A stretch of DNA of 64,000 nt, taken from NCBI GenBank assembly GCA_012729765.1, contig JAAYCM010000129.1:47481-111480 (forward strand), in the 5' to 3' direction. This document shows, one piece after another, positions 30,420-39,558 of the stretch; position 1 is the first letter of the stretch; each line of letters opens with the position of its first letter. Under the pieces are notes generated by a model that searched no databases, was not told the DNA's origin, and saw only the letters and a program-made list of their open reading frames with translations. Both the position numbers and the translations under genes were made by a program. Source of the stretch: Chloroflexota bacterium. Its GTDB lineage: Bacteria; Chloroflexota; Anaerolineae; Aggregatilineales; Aggregatilineaceae.

Positions 30420-31676
30420 ATGGAGCTTATGCGCAACGGCTTTCCCAGGGTTGTCATCACAGGCATTGGGGCGGTCACGCCTCTGGGGCGCTTTCCGGCC
30501 CTGATCGAGAAGCTCAAGCGGGGCGAGTCAGGGATTCGCCGCATCCAGAGTTTTGACCCGTCCACGCTGGAAGTGCAGATCGCGGGCGAAGTCGTTGACT
30601 TCGATCCGACCGAGTACATCGAGCCGAAGGAAGCGCGCCGTATGGGGCGTCCCGCGCAGCTAGCCGTTACGGCGGCGCTGGATGCGCTCAAGGACGCCGG
30701 GCTGACGCTCGCCGACCTGGAACCGATCCACGAGCGGGTAGCGGTGGACTTTGGCTCCTCGCTTGGCGGACACGATCTGGCCCAACAGGCGTCCTACGGC
30801 TATCGCTCGCGCGGGCGGCGCCCCGGTCCATTCTCGCTGATCCAGTCACTGCCCAACATCCCGGCGCATTATGTCAGCCGGGTGACAGGCGCGCTGGGGC
30901 CGCTGGTCTGCATCTCGACCGCCTGCGCCACCGGCACACACAGCATCGGGGACGGGTTCAATCTGGTGCGCTATGGCCGCGCCGACGTGGTCTTTACGGG
31001 CGGCGTCGAAGCGATGATCCTTGACTACGCGTTGGCCGGGTTTATCTCGATGACGGCACTGGCGACCGGCTACAATGACAATCCGGGTGAGGCGAGCCGG
31101 CCTTTCGATCTGAATCGCAACGGCTTCGTTTTTGGCGAGGGCGGCGGTGTGCTGATTCTGGAAACAATGGAGCGTGCTATCAAGCGCGGGGCGCGGATCT
31201 ATGCCGAGGTGCTCGGCATGTCGTCTTCATCCGATGCGTTCCATGTCGCTGCGCTCGATCCGGACGGTAGCGGCGCCGCGCGCGCGATGAGGTGGGCAGT
31301 CGAGGACGCGAGGCTAAACCCTGAAGACATCGACTATGTGAACGCGCACGGCACTTCGACCAAAGCGAACGACGCGGTCGAAACGCGCGCGATCAAGACC
31401 GTGTTTGGCGAGCACGCCTATAACATGGTCGTGAACTCGACCAAGAGCATGATCGGTCATCTGCTCGGTGGGGCAGGGGCAGTCGAAGCCATCGCGACGA
31501 TCATGGCGCTCTACGAGCAGATTCTGCATCCCACCATCAACTACGAGACGCCCGATCCGGAATGCGATCTGGATTACGTACCGAATGAGGCGCGTGACGC
31601 CAAGCTGCGGTACGCGATCTCGAACAGCTTTGGGCTGGGTGGGCAGAATGCGTGTATTGTGCTGGGAGCCGTCTAG
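30420..31676 (+). CDS. fabF: 3-oxoacyl-[ACP] synthase II
   Basis: KAS II motifs: RVVITGIGAVTPLG, active-site Cys in ISTACATGTHSIG, NAHGTSTKANDA, KSMIGHLLGGAG. Start chosen at ATG 30420 (GAAGGAAG Shine-Dalgarno upstream) rather than the track start at 30375. Confidence 0.93.
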   Translation: MELMRNGFPRVVITGIGAVTPLGRFPALIEKLKRGESGIRRIQSFDPSTLEVQIAGEVVDFDPTEYIEPKEARRMGRPAQLAVTAALDALKDAGLTLADLEPIHERVAVDFGSSLGGHDLAQQASYGYRSRGRRPGPFSLIQSLPNIPAHYVSRVTGALGPLVCISTACATGTHSIGDGFNLVRYGRADVVFTGGVEAMILDYALAGFISMTALATGYNDNPGEASRPFDLNRNGFVFGEGGGVLILETMERAIKRGARIYAEVLGMSSSSDAFHVAALDPDGSGAARAMRWAVEDARLNPEDIDYVNAHGTSTKANDAVETRAIKTVFGEHAYNMVVNSTKSMIGHLLGGAGAVEAIATIMALYEQILHPTINYETPDPECDLDYVPNEARDAKLRYAISNSFGLGGQNACIVLGAV

Positions 31677-31729
31677 GACGGTTTACAGTCACACAACATG
31701 AAGAAAAAAGCAGGCCAGGCTGGCCGCTG

Positions 31730-32539
31730 CTAGGAAAGCGCGGCCAAACTGGCCTGTTCCTGTGCCTGGATCTGCTTGAGACGGCTGTTGGCCTGATTGC
31801 AGAGATTCCGGCCACCAGCATTCAGCCAGTCGTCCAGTGCAGGGCTGGTATCCATCCCGGCGATGGCTTCAGCATAGATGGCCGAGCCCCAACGATAGTA
31901 GCGGCGTGTCTCGGAGTGCCAGGTTTCCCACCCGCGATTGATCACACCATGCCCGCCGTTGTAGCCGGCGAGCGCTAACCCGGCGTGCCCGCCAGAGCGC
32001 TGCAGCCCGCCGAGCAGATAATCCAGCCCGCGCCGGGCGTTGGTCTGGACGTCGAGCATATCCTCACCCGGCAGGAAGTGGAACGGCATAACCTGGAACA
32101 GGCCCTGTGCGCCGGACGGCGACGATACCATTGGATCGCCGCAGCTCTCGATCTGGATCACGGTCGCGATCAGATTTGGATCGACCTGGTATACGACCGC
32201 CCAGGCCCGGATCAGGTCGCCCCAATACTGGACTTCGGGCGTGAAGACGGGTGAAAGCGGCGACAGAGCAGCCTCAGTTCCCAGGGGGCCGTTGACGGCA
32301 TATCCATAGGTGCCGCTTCTGCTACCTGCCGACAAATCCTGCACGATGATGCTCAGAGGGGTGTCGGCCAGAATATCGTCCAATGCACCGAGTCGAAATG
32401 CCAGCCCCAGGACCAACAGGATGATGCCCAACAAGGCAATACGGTTGCGCTTACGAAAGATGCGCTGAAGGCGGCCAGACTGCCGCTTCTCCGGCTTGGC
32501 TTCGGTTGCTGTGGGTTGTGGGTTAAGACGTTTCGCCAT
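31730..32539 (-). CDS. Membrane-anchored lytic transglycosylase (SLT domain)
   Basis: 269 aa. N-terminal basic segment plus TM helix (IALLGIILLVLGLAF). SLT catalytic region IQIESCGDPMVSSPSGAQGLFQVMPFHF ... AGYNGG. Confidence 0.85.
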   Translation of the reverse strand: MAKRLNPQPTATEAKPEKRQSGRLQRIFRKRNRIALLGIILLVLGLAFRLGALDDILADTPLSIIVQDLSAGSRSGTYGYAVNGPLGTEAALSPLSPVFTPEVQYWGDLIRAWAVVYQVDPNLIATVIQIESCGDPMVSSPSGAQGLFQVMPFHFLPGEDMLDVQTNARRGLDYLLGGLQRSGGHAGLALAGYNGGHGVINRGWETWHSETRRYYRWGSAIYAEAIAGMDTSPALDDWLNAGGRNLCNQANSRLKQIQAQEQASLAALS

Positions 32540-32802
32540 GTTCCAATACGCGCTAGAACAAATGTTCCGTACGGTGTCTAATAAAGCATATCAGGTTCAG
32601 AGTTAAGAGTCAATATGGCAACGATAAAGATTCACAAGAATTTTAAAGAAATTCCCAAAAAGGTAAACGTAAGCCAGGCTTTAGGAATTAGCTGAAAATA
32701 TCACCGCCGCATCTGGGGTCAGATCGGTGGTTGGCGCGTATAATTTCAAGTAACTATACGGAGTATTTCATCCTCGGTTTCACATTCGCAGGCGGATAGC
32801 GC

Positions 32803-34059
32803 GTGGCAGTCTATTTGGATGCGGTCGATCGGTTTCTGGCGCTGGGCGATTTACAGCGCGCGGGGGCGCTGCTGGCGCGGCTGCTGCGTGCGTCGGGCGT
32901 CTCGGATGCTGAGCGGGCGCAATTGCTGGCGCGGCGCGCCCGGATGCGCCTGCTGGCCGAAAAACCCGATGATGCGCTGGAAGACCTGCGCGTGTGCGGC
33001 ACGCTGGACCCGGCGGTGATCGATACCCCGCCGCTGCTAGAGCTGGCCGGTGATACCTACTTTGCGCGCTTCGAGCTGGCCCCGGTCGGCTTTGCCGATC
33101 GCGCCGACGCTGAGCAGGCGATGGCATGTTATAACCGGCTGATTACCTTTGCTCCCGATTACGACAATCTGGGGTGGGTGATCTACCAGAAAGGCAGAAT
33201 CCTGCTGAGCGCCGGGACGGCTGATCAGGCAGCGGCTTTATTCGAGCAGGCGCTTGAGAAGTCAGGACAGGTGGCGGCGCTGCCCGCGCTGTGCTATGAG
33301 CGGCTGGGCTTCATCGAGTTGTTTGAGCGGCGCAATGCTGCTCTTGCGCTGGAATACTTCGCGCGGGCAGTCGAGGTCTATCCAGCGGGCGAAAACGCGG
33401 GCTGGCTGGTGCAGCTTCATATTCTGCGCAGCCGTGCCTTTCGCGAGCAGCGGCTCTATCACGCTGCGCTCACTGCCGCCCGACAGGCGCTCTCGACTAT
33501 CGATACGACCGCGCCGGATTACCGCCGTGCGCTGCCCGAAGCACATCTGGCCGTTGGCGAGGCGCTGGCCGCGATTGAGGCGCGTGAGCCCGAAGCGATC
33601 GATCACCTGGTTCAGTTCCTGCAGCTCAGCAAACGCCCGCTGGGGGTCGATGTCACGTGGAGCCGCGTCCACGAGACAATTGGCGAACTGTCGTTCCGGC
33701 TGGGCCGCTACGAGTTGGCTGCCGAAGCCTACCAGGCGGCGCTCAGTTTCAACCCGTTTCACCCGCTCGAAATGCACGTGCGCTACCAGATCGCACGCTG
33801 CTACTACCGCCTGCAAAATTACCAGCGCACGATCGAGACGCTGGAAGCCTTGCAGGCCGCCGCGGCAGCCGAAGGGGATCTGGTGCACGATTATCGCGTC
33901 TATCACCTGCTCGGTAATGCCTGCTACGCATTGGAGCGGTACAGCCAGGCCGTCGCGGCTTACCACCAGGCGCTGCTGTTGGCCCCGGTTGGGGCCGCGC
34001 AGTTGGATCAGATTCGTGCCTACCTGCGCTACGCGGAAGATTTGAGTACGCGGGCCTGA
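32803..34059 (+). CDS. TPR-repeat protein
   Basis: 418 aa, GTG start. Repeated helical A..Y..AL...P motifs throughout (e.g. AYQAALSFNPFHP, AYHQALLLAP). Confidence 0.7.
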   Translation: MAVYLDAVDRFLALGDLQRAGALLARLLRASGVSDAERAQLLARRARMRLLAEKPDDALEDLRVCGTLDPAVIDTPPLLELAGDTYFARFELAPVGFADRADAEQAMACYNRLITFAPDYDNLGWVIYQKGRILLSAGTADQAAALFEQALEKSGQVAALPALCYERLGFIELFERRNAALALEYFARAVEVYPAGENAGWLVQLHILRSRAFREQRLYHAALTAARQALSTIDTTAPDYRRALPEAHLAVGEALAAIEAREPEAIDHLVQFLQLSKRPLGVDVTWSRVHETIGELSFRLGRYELAAEAYQAALSFNPFHPLEMHVRYQIARCYYRLQNYQRTIETLEALQAAAAAEGDLVHDYRVYHLLGNACYALERYSQAVAAYHQALLLAPVGAAQLDQIRAYLRYAEDLSTRA

Positions 34060-34069
34060 GCGACTGCGC

Positions 34070-34098
34070 TGGACAACCTCACGCCGCTTCGCTACAAT
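34070..34098 (+). promoter_or_regulatory. Sigma70-like promoter candidate for trmFO
   Basis: TGGACA (34070..34075), 17-nt spacer, TACAAT (34093..34098). Confidence 0.45.
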
Positions 34099-34161
34099 GC
34101 CATACAGAGGCCCTCGCGGCCTGTTTTCGTTGTTTCAAGGGGCAGAGAGAAACCGTAGAAA

Positions 34162-35511
34162 ATGGCGTTCAATAAAACAGATCAGCCGGTGAAGGTAATC
34201 GGCGGTGGGCTGGCCGGGTCGGAAGCGGCCTGGCAGATCGCGCAGCGCGGGATTCCGGTGCTGCTGTACGAGATGCGCCCCCTTCAATCGACACCGGCGC
34301 ACCAGACCGCGTGGCTGGCCGAGCTGGTATGCAGTAATTCGCTGGGGTCCGATCTGCCGGATCGCGCGCCGGGCGTGCTCAAGGCCGAGATGCGACGGCT
34401 TGATTCACTGCTGCTGGCGTGTGCCAAGGCGGCGGCGGTTCCGGCGGGCGGCGCACTGGCGGTTGATCGTGAAGCGTTCGCGCAGCAGGTCACGGACGCC
34501 ATCGGCCAGCATCCCCTGATCACCCTGGTGCGCGAAGAAGTCCGGCATATCCCTGACGGCCCAACCGTGATCGCCACCGGCCCATTGACCGCTGACGCGC
34601 TGGCAAAGGAAATCGCCGGGCTGGTGGGCGAGGAGTACCTGTACTTCTACGACGCGATTGCGCCGATGGTTGCCGCCGACTCGATCGATATGTCAATCGC
34701 CTTCCGTGCCAGCCGCTATGGGCGCGGTGAGGACGAGACCGGTGATTACATCAACTGCCCGATAACCCGCGAGGAGTATGAGCGGTTCGTGGCGGCGCTG
34801 CGCGAGGCCGAGCTGATCACGCTGCACGACTTCGAGCGCGAGAATCCGCAGTTCTTCGAGGGTTGCCTGCCGGTCGAGCAGCTCGCGGCGCGCGGTGAGC
34901 AATCGCTGGCCTTCGGGCCGCTGCGCCCGGTGGGGTTGAAAGATCCGCGCACCGGCCAGCGCCCCTATGCGGTCGTTCAGCTTCGGCAGGATAACCTGGC
35001 GGGGACACTGTATAACCTGGTCGGGTTTCAGACCAATCTGCGCTATGGCGAGCAGAAGCGGGTATTCAGCCTGATCCCCGGCCTGGAACACGCCGAGTTT
35101 GTGCGCTACGGCCAGATGCACCGCAATACATTCCTGAACTCCCCGCTGTATCTGCGCCCCACGCTCCAGTTCCACCAGCGGGATAATCTGCTCTTTGCCG
35201 GGCAGATCACCGGCGTCGAGGGGTACGTGGGCAATATCGGGACGGGGCTGCTGGCCGGGATCAACGCTGCTAATCTGATCCAGGACCGGCCCCTGTGGGT
35301 GCTGCCGCCGACCACGATGCTCGGCGCACTGTGTCATTATGTCACTCATGCCGAGCCGGGTGATTTCCAGCCGATGAAGGCCAACTTCGGCATTCTGCCC
35401 GCGTTGGATCACCCGCCGAAGGGTAAGCGCGAGCGCCAGCGGGCTTATGCCGAACGCGCCGCCGCCGCTCTGGAAAGCTTCCTGGCCGAGCACGCGGTTG
35501 TATCAGGCTGA
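34162..35511 (+). CDS. trmFO: Methylenetetrahydrofolate--tRNA-(uracil-5-)-methyltransferase TrmFO
   Basis: 449 aa. FAD-binding [19 protein letters not shown], then LVCSNSLG and [14 protein letters not shown], typical of TrmFO/Gid. Confidence 0.95.
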   Translation: MAFNKTDQPVKVIGGGLAGSEAAWQIAQRGIPVLLYEMRPLQSTPAHQTAWLAELVCSNSLGSDLPDRAPGVLKAEMRRLDSLLLACAKAAAVPAGGALAVDREAFAQQVTDAIGQHPLITLVREEVRHIPDGPTVIATGPLTADALAKEIAGLVGEEYLYFYDAIAPMVAADSIDMSIAFRASRYGRGEDETGDYINCPITREEYERFVAALREAELITLHDFERENPQFFEGCLPVEQLAARGEQSLAFGPLRPVGLKDPRTGQRPYAVVQLRQDNLAGTLYNLVGFQTNLRYGEQKRVFSLIPGLEHAEFVRYGQMHRNTFLNSPLYLRPTLQFHQRDNLLFAGQITGVEGYVGNIGTGLLAGINAANLIQDRPLWVLPPTTMLGALCHYVTHAEPGDFQPMKANFGILPALDHPPKGKRERQRAYAERAAAALESFLAEHAVVSG

Positions 35512-35625
35512 TCCTGTTCCGGTTTGCCAGCGTAGATTGGTGCTTGGGGCTATAATTCGTGTCAGGCTGGATGACTGCGGCCCCGGCAAAACCTCACGTA
35601 TGGAAAGAGGTGAGCAATAAACGAG

Positions 35626-36951
35626 TTGACGCAAATACGAGATGCACGGGCGCTGCTGATCGGCGTAGAGCTGCGCGGCAGCCGTCCCGTATTGAGTGCT
35701 GAGGATTCTCTGGACGAGCTTGCGCTGCTGGCCCACACAGCAGGTGTTACCGTTCAGGATCGGGTGGTACAGCGCGTTGGGCGGATTGACCCCGCGACAT
35801 TTATCGGGCCGGGCAAGCTGTCCGAGCTGGCTGAAGCTATCCCGGAACAGCAGGTGAACATGGTGATCTTCGACGACGAACTGTCACCCCGTCACCAGCG
35901 CGAGTTGGAGAAGGTGTTTGGCGAGAATATCCAGGTGCTCGATCGTTCCGCGCTGATCCTCGATATCTTTGCACAGCATGCCCAGACTCGTGAGGGTGCG
36001 CTGCAGGTCGAGCTGGCACAGTATGAGTACCGCCTGCCGCGTCTGACCCGCCAGTGGACCCACCTGGCGCGCCAGGCGGGTGGCGGCGCGGCGCGCGGCG
36101 GGGCAGGGGGCGTTGGCCTGCGCGGACCCGGTGAAACGCAGCTTGAAGTCGACCGGCGCGAAATCCGGCGGCGGGTGGCACGGCTCAAGCAGGAGCTAGA
36201 ATCCGTGCGCGCCCACCGGCAGCGCCACCGTGCACAGCGTCAGCGAGCCGGTTTGCCGACTGTGGCGCTGGTGGGCTATACCAACGCGGGTAAGTCCACT
36301 CTGCTCAACGCGCTCTCGGGCGCGGATGTCTACGTGGCCGATCAGCTCTTTGCGACGCTTGATCCGACGGTGCGCCGGATCCGGCTGCCAAGCGGACGCG
36401 CCGCGCTGCTCTCGGACACGGTCGGCTTTATTCAAAAGCTGCCGGTGACGCTGGTGGCGGCGTTTCGCGCCACACTTGAAGAGGTGGTCGAGGCCGATCT
36501 GCTGCTGCACGTGGTCGATGCCAGCCACCCGCGCGCCTGGGACCAGATCGATATTGTCGAGGATACGCTGGCCGAGATTGACGCCGACCGCGTGCCCAAG
36601 ATTCTGGTTCTCAACAAAATTGATCGGGGCGAGCCGCCGCAGCCCGAAGAAGACTTCCGGGCGTTGGGCTATCAGGAGATCGTGCGCATTTCAGCCTTGC
36701 ATGGGACTGGCCTGGACGATCTGCTGGCGGCTATCGATCGCGCCCGCTTCGCCCTGATGATCGATATCGACCTGCTCATTCCGTATAACCAGGGCGAACT
36801 GCTGGCCGAAATCCACGAGGTTGGGACCGTGGAGCGCGAGGCGCATCAGGCAGAAGGGGTGCAGGTCAAAGCGGCGGTGCCGGTGTGGCTGGCGGGCCGC
36901 CTGGAACAACTCTTGGGCTTGCGTGATGATGAGGAGCAAGAAACGGAGTAG
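35626..36951 (+). CDS. hflX: GTPase HflX
   Basis: 441 aa, TTG start per the track. HflX N-domain (ALLIGVEL...DSLDELALLAHTAGV), glycine-rich GGGAARGGAGGVGLRGPGETQLEVDRR. G1 GYTNAGKSTL, G3 DTVGF, G4 NKID. Confidence 0.93.
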   Translation: MTQIRDARALLIGVELRGSRPVLSAEDSLDELALLAHTAGVTVQDRVVQRVGRIDPATFIGPGKLSELAEAIPEQQVNMVIFDDELSPRHQRELEKVFGENIQVLDRSALILDIFAQHAQTREGALQVELAQYEYRLPRLTRQWTHLARQAGGGAARGGAGGVGLRGPGETQLEVDRREIRRRVARLKQELESVRAHRQRHRAQRQRAGLPTVALVGYTNAGKSTLLNALSGADVYVADQLFATLDPTVRRIRLPSGRAALLSDTVGFIQKLPVTLVAAFRATLEEVVEADLLLHVVDASHPRAWDQIDIVEDTLAEIDADRVPKILVLNKIDRGEPPQPEEDFRALGYQEIVRISALHGTGLDDLLAAIDRARFALMIDIDLLIPYNQGELLAEIHEVGTVEREAHQAEGVQVKAAVPVWLAGRLEQLLGLRDDEEQETE

Positions 36952-36954
36952 GCT

Positions 36955-37341
36955 GTGCGCCGCGTGATCGCTGCTCTCACAAAGGTTTTGTTAGCACCAT
37001 TTCGCTTGCTGCTGCTGTTGATCGTGGCCCCGCTGGCGTTCGTCTCGCGCCCGGTCGGCACGCGGGTCGATTCGTCTCCTCGGATCAGCAATGTGATCAA
37101 CCAGTTGTCATCGTCGATGGCCACCCAGCGCGGCCTGCTGCTGATGGTCGGCACGGTGCTGCTGATCGTCAGCCTGGTGATGCACGGCGTGATTCTGGTC
37201 CTGATGGTTTCAACCGACAGCTTCGACCAGAATCTCTACTGGCTGTGCATCCCCTTTACGCTACTGCATCTGGGTGTGCTGGCTGGCTTCACCGGGGCGA
37301 TGCTGGCGACGCCGTTGGGGCAGGGCTATAAAGACAAGTAG
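36955..37341 (+). CDS. Small hypothetical membrane protein (128 aa, 3-4 predicted TM segments)
   Basis: GTG start 3 nt after the hflX stop. Hydrophobic segments LLLLLIVAPLAF, LLLMVGTVLLIVSLVMHGVILVLMV and LCIPFTLLHLGVLAGFTGAML. Confidence 0.5.
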   Translation: MRRVIAALTKVLLAPFRLLLLLIVAPLAFVSRPVGTRVDSSPRISNVINQLSSSMATQRGLLLMVGTVLLIVSLVMHGVILVLMVSTDSFDQNLYWLCIPFTLLHLGVLAGFTGAMLATPLGQGYKDK

Positions 37342-37371
37342 TGTGATCCGTTTTTTTACCGTTTAACCGGG

Positions 37372-37408
37372 AAAACCGCCGCTAAACACGTATTTAGTGG
37401 CGGTTTTT
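37372..37408. terminator. Bidirectional rho-independent terminator between the convergent hflX operon and the integrase
   Basis: 13-bp stem (one G-U pair): AAAACCGCCGCTA (37372..37384) / TAGTGGCGGTTTT (37395..37407), with a 10-nt loop. An A-run lies 5' and a T-run 3', so it reads as hairpin plus U-tract on both strands. Confidence 0.7.
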
Positions 37409-37453
37409 AGCTGTTGAAATATATATTATAATAGATTAGTATAGTAAATTCTC

Positions 37454-38935
37454 TCACATAAAATCGTCTGGATCAGGCAGGGGCGTGCTTTTGGCCGCGT
37501 CATCCACGCGCAGCGGGTCAGTGCGAGCATAATAGGCGCGGGTCGTCTCAACTGAACGGTGGCCGAGATAGTCCTGCACCACGTCCAGTGGGTGCCCGGC
37601 GTTGATCAACTGTGTGGCGCGCCAGTGCCGGAAGTCGTGCGGTGTGATCTGGCGCAGGCCCAGGGCGCGTGCGGCGCGCTGTACGACCCGCCACGCCACG
37701 ACCCGGCTCATCCGCTGGCCGTCGTAGCGGGGATCGTGGCTGACGAAGAGCGGCACATCGCCGCTGGTCGAGCCGCGCAGATTTGCGCCGCGCGCCTGGA
37801 TGTAGACCCGGATTGCGGGCAGCGAGTCGAAGAAGCGCAGATTGTAGCTGTGGCCGCCTTTGCCCGTGACCTCGACGCGCAGCACTTCCTGCCGGTTCAG
37901 GTAGCGATCGGGGAAATCGTGCAGGTTCAGGCTCAATACCTCGCTGATACGCCCGCCGGTTTCGGCCAGGGCGTGCAGCAGCGCCCGATTGCGCAGCCGG
38001 GCCAACTCCCAGCGCGCGACGCGCTCATCATCAGCACCAGCCTTGCGCAGCGACGGCGGGAGCGGCTGGGTGTCATAATAGTAGATCACTTCCTCGATGT
38101 GATCGGGTGGCTGCAGCGGGCCGCTGCGTTTGGGCCGTGCGCGCAGCTCGTCCCGTACAATCCGCCGGGCTTTTGCCAGCGGAAAGCGTGCCGGCAGCCA
38201 GCCGTGATCGTCCAGAAACTGGAACCAGCTTTGTACGCCAGCTAACCGTAGCTCGACGGTAGTCGGCTTGTAGGGGCGGCCATCGGCAGTATTATCGCTG
38301 GGTGAGAGCAGCCACTCGGCAAAATGCAGAAAAATCGGCGCGTCGTTGGGACCAAGCGCGGCAAGCGGAATGGCATCCGGCACGACGTAGGGCCGCTGCT
38401 GGATCGGCAGACGGCGTGTGCCGGTGCGATCACCTAGAAACATCAGGAATAACTCGATGGAACGCTCGTAGGCGGCGACGGTATGCGCCGATTTGAGCGT
38501 GGCGCGGTCCAGGTAGGCGTCACGCGCATCGCCCAGCGTCAGATCGCCGTCGGGTGTAGGCAGTCGTTGCAGCAGGTGTTTGAGTTGGCGCTCCACGTCG
38601 AGTGTCAGGTCTTCGACGTCCATCCCATCCAGATACCAGGGCAGGGTTGGCGTGTGGCGAATCAGCACCGGGATGAGCAGCCGATCATACTGCCGGGCCG
38701 CTGCGCAGCGTTTCATGACGCGGTCTGATGTCGCACTGTCCGGGCTGACCAGCACCATCACGGCCAGTGCCGTCTGGATGGTGCCCTCAATCTCTTTATC
38801 CCACTTTGCGCCGCCGTGCTCAGGAGTGTCGCTCTCGACGACAGTGAGGTAGCCCTGGGCTTCGATCTGCCGTTGGAGCCAGTGTGCGAACTCCAGATCG
38901 CTTGCTGTGCAACTCAGAAACACAGTTTGGGGCAT
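37454..38935 (-). CDS. Tyrosine recombinase/integrase with an N-terminal TIR-like domain (fusion)
   Basis: 493 aa. N-terminal ~125 aa: VFLSCTASDLEFAHWLQRQIEAQGY...ALAVMVLVSPDSATS...LLIPVLI (TIR_2-like). Core-binding region TVAAYERSIELFLMFL. Catalytic residues: R in ETGGRISEVLSL, HDFRHWRAT (H-x-x-R), GHRSVETTRAYY (H and nucleophile Y). Confidence 0.85.
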   Translation of the reverse strand: MPQTVFLSCTASDLEFAHWLQRQIEAQGYLTVVESDTPEHGGAKWDKEIEGTIQTALAVMVLVSPDSATSDRVMKRCAAARQYDRLLIPVLIRHTPTLPWYLDGMDVEDLTLDVERQLKHLLQRLPTPDGDLTLGDARDAYLDRATLKSAHTVAAYERSIELFLMFLGDRTGTRRLPIQQRPYVVPDAIPLAALGPNDAPIFLHFAEWLLSPSDNTADGRPYKPTTVELRLAGVQSWFQFLDDHGWLPARFPLAKARRIVRDELRARPKRSGPLQPPDHIEEVIYYYDTQPLPPSLRKAGADDERVARWELARLRNRALLHALAETGGRISEVLSLNLHDFPDRYLNRQEVLRVEVTGKGGHSYNLRFFDSLPAIRVYIQARGANLRGSTSGDVPLFVSHDPRYDGQRMSRVVAWRVVQRAARALGLRQITPHDFRHWRATQLINAGHPLDVVQDYLGHRSVETTRAYYARTDPLRVDDAAKSTPLPDPDDFM

Positions 38936-39462
38936 CGCGCGTGTCCTTTTTGCCGTTGTATGTTACATAAGATTACCAAGTATAACATTTGTATCATTAT
39001 GTTAAACCTATATCGCAAAGGATGCAAATCGCGCAGCCCACCCTGATCCCTATATCCCACACCTGCACGCACAATAAGACGGGCGGGGTTTGTGCGCTTA
39101 GGGGCAAGCAGTTGGAGCCACCTGCACATGCAGCCCACCCGCCCGGCATTTTCCATCATGACTCGCTGCAGTCACACATTGCTTTGATCGTCGCACTGGA
39201 TCATCGCTTGCTGCGTTGTGTACTCGCTTGCAAGATCGCGTTGCATCATCTCCCCAGGCGCGCTTGTACTTAACGTCACAATCTTCGCGTCATATGTTAT
39301 TTTGTCCTTGCTTCCGACGGCTGTAGCGGGGTCATGCTGGCTCATTACAACATCCCTCGCCGATATCCCAAAAAACAAAATAAGCATTTGGCTAATTAAA
39401 TCAGTATAGATGAAGTAATAAATGTTCTAACTTCCTCTTATCTGAAATTCATATAGTGCGGC

Positions 39463-39492
39463 TTGACGTGAAGGATTTCACGTGGCTATACT
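39463..39492 (+). promoter_or_regulatory. Sigma70-like promoter for the RND gene with an embedded 7-4-7 palindrome (candidate operator)
   Basis: TTGACG (39463..39468), 18-nt spacer, TATACT (39487..39492). Perfect inverted repeat ACGTGAA-GGAT-TTCACGT at 39466..39483 between the hexamers. Confidence 0.5.
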
Positions 39493-39558
39493 CTATCGAT
39501 ACGTTCCCCTCGCCGGCTCCTGCCCCTGGCAGGGCTTGCATGTACCCTGGAAGGCCCT

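Noticed and set aside
32615-32695. A 26-codon lysine-rich ORF (MATIKIHKNFKEIPKKVNVSQALGIS) with an AAGAG motif upstream, in the SLT/TPR divergent intergenic region.
   Set aside because: An ORF this short in AT-rich DNA is not statistically distinguishable from chance, and I have no conservation evidence.
7208-37446. Exact 14-mer AGATTAGTATAGTA shared by two intergenic regions (7208..7221 and 37433..37446).
   Set aside because: Several 14-mer coincidences are expected by chance in 64 kb. Both copies lie in AT-rich promoter-type DNA and contain a TATAGT -10-like core. Shared promoter-like composition is a more likely explanation than a mobile repeat.
38936-39558. Considered a fimS-like invertible promoter switch driven by the adjacent tyrosine recombinase.
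   Set aside because: I found no inverted repeat of 9 bp or more bracketing the promoter-containing segment. The best was a 7-bp AACATTT/AAATGTT match, which is not significant in AT-rich DNA.
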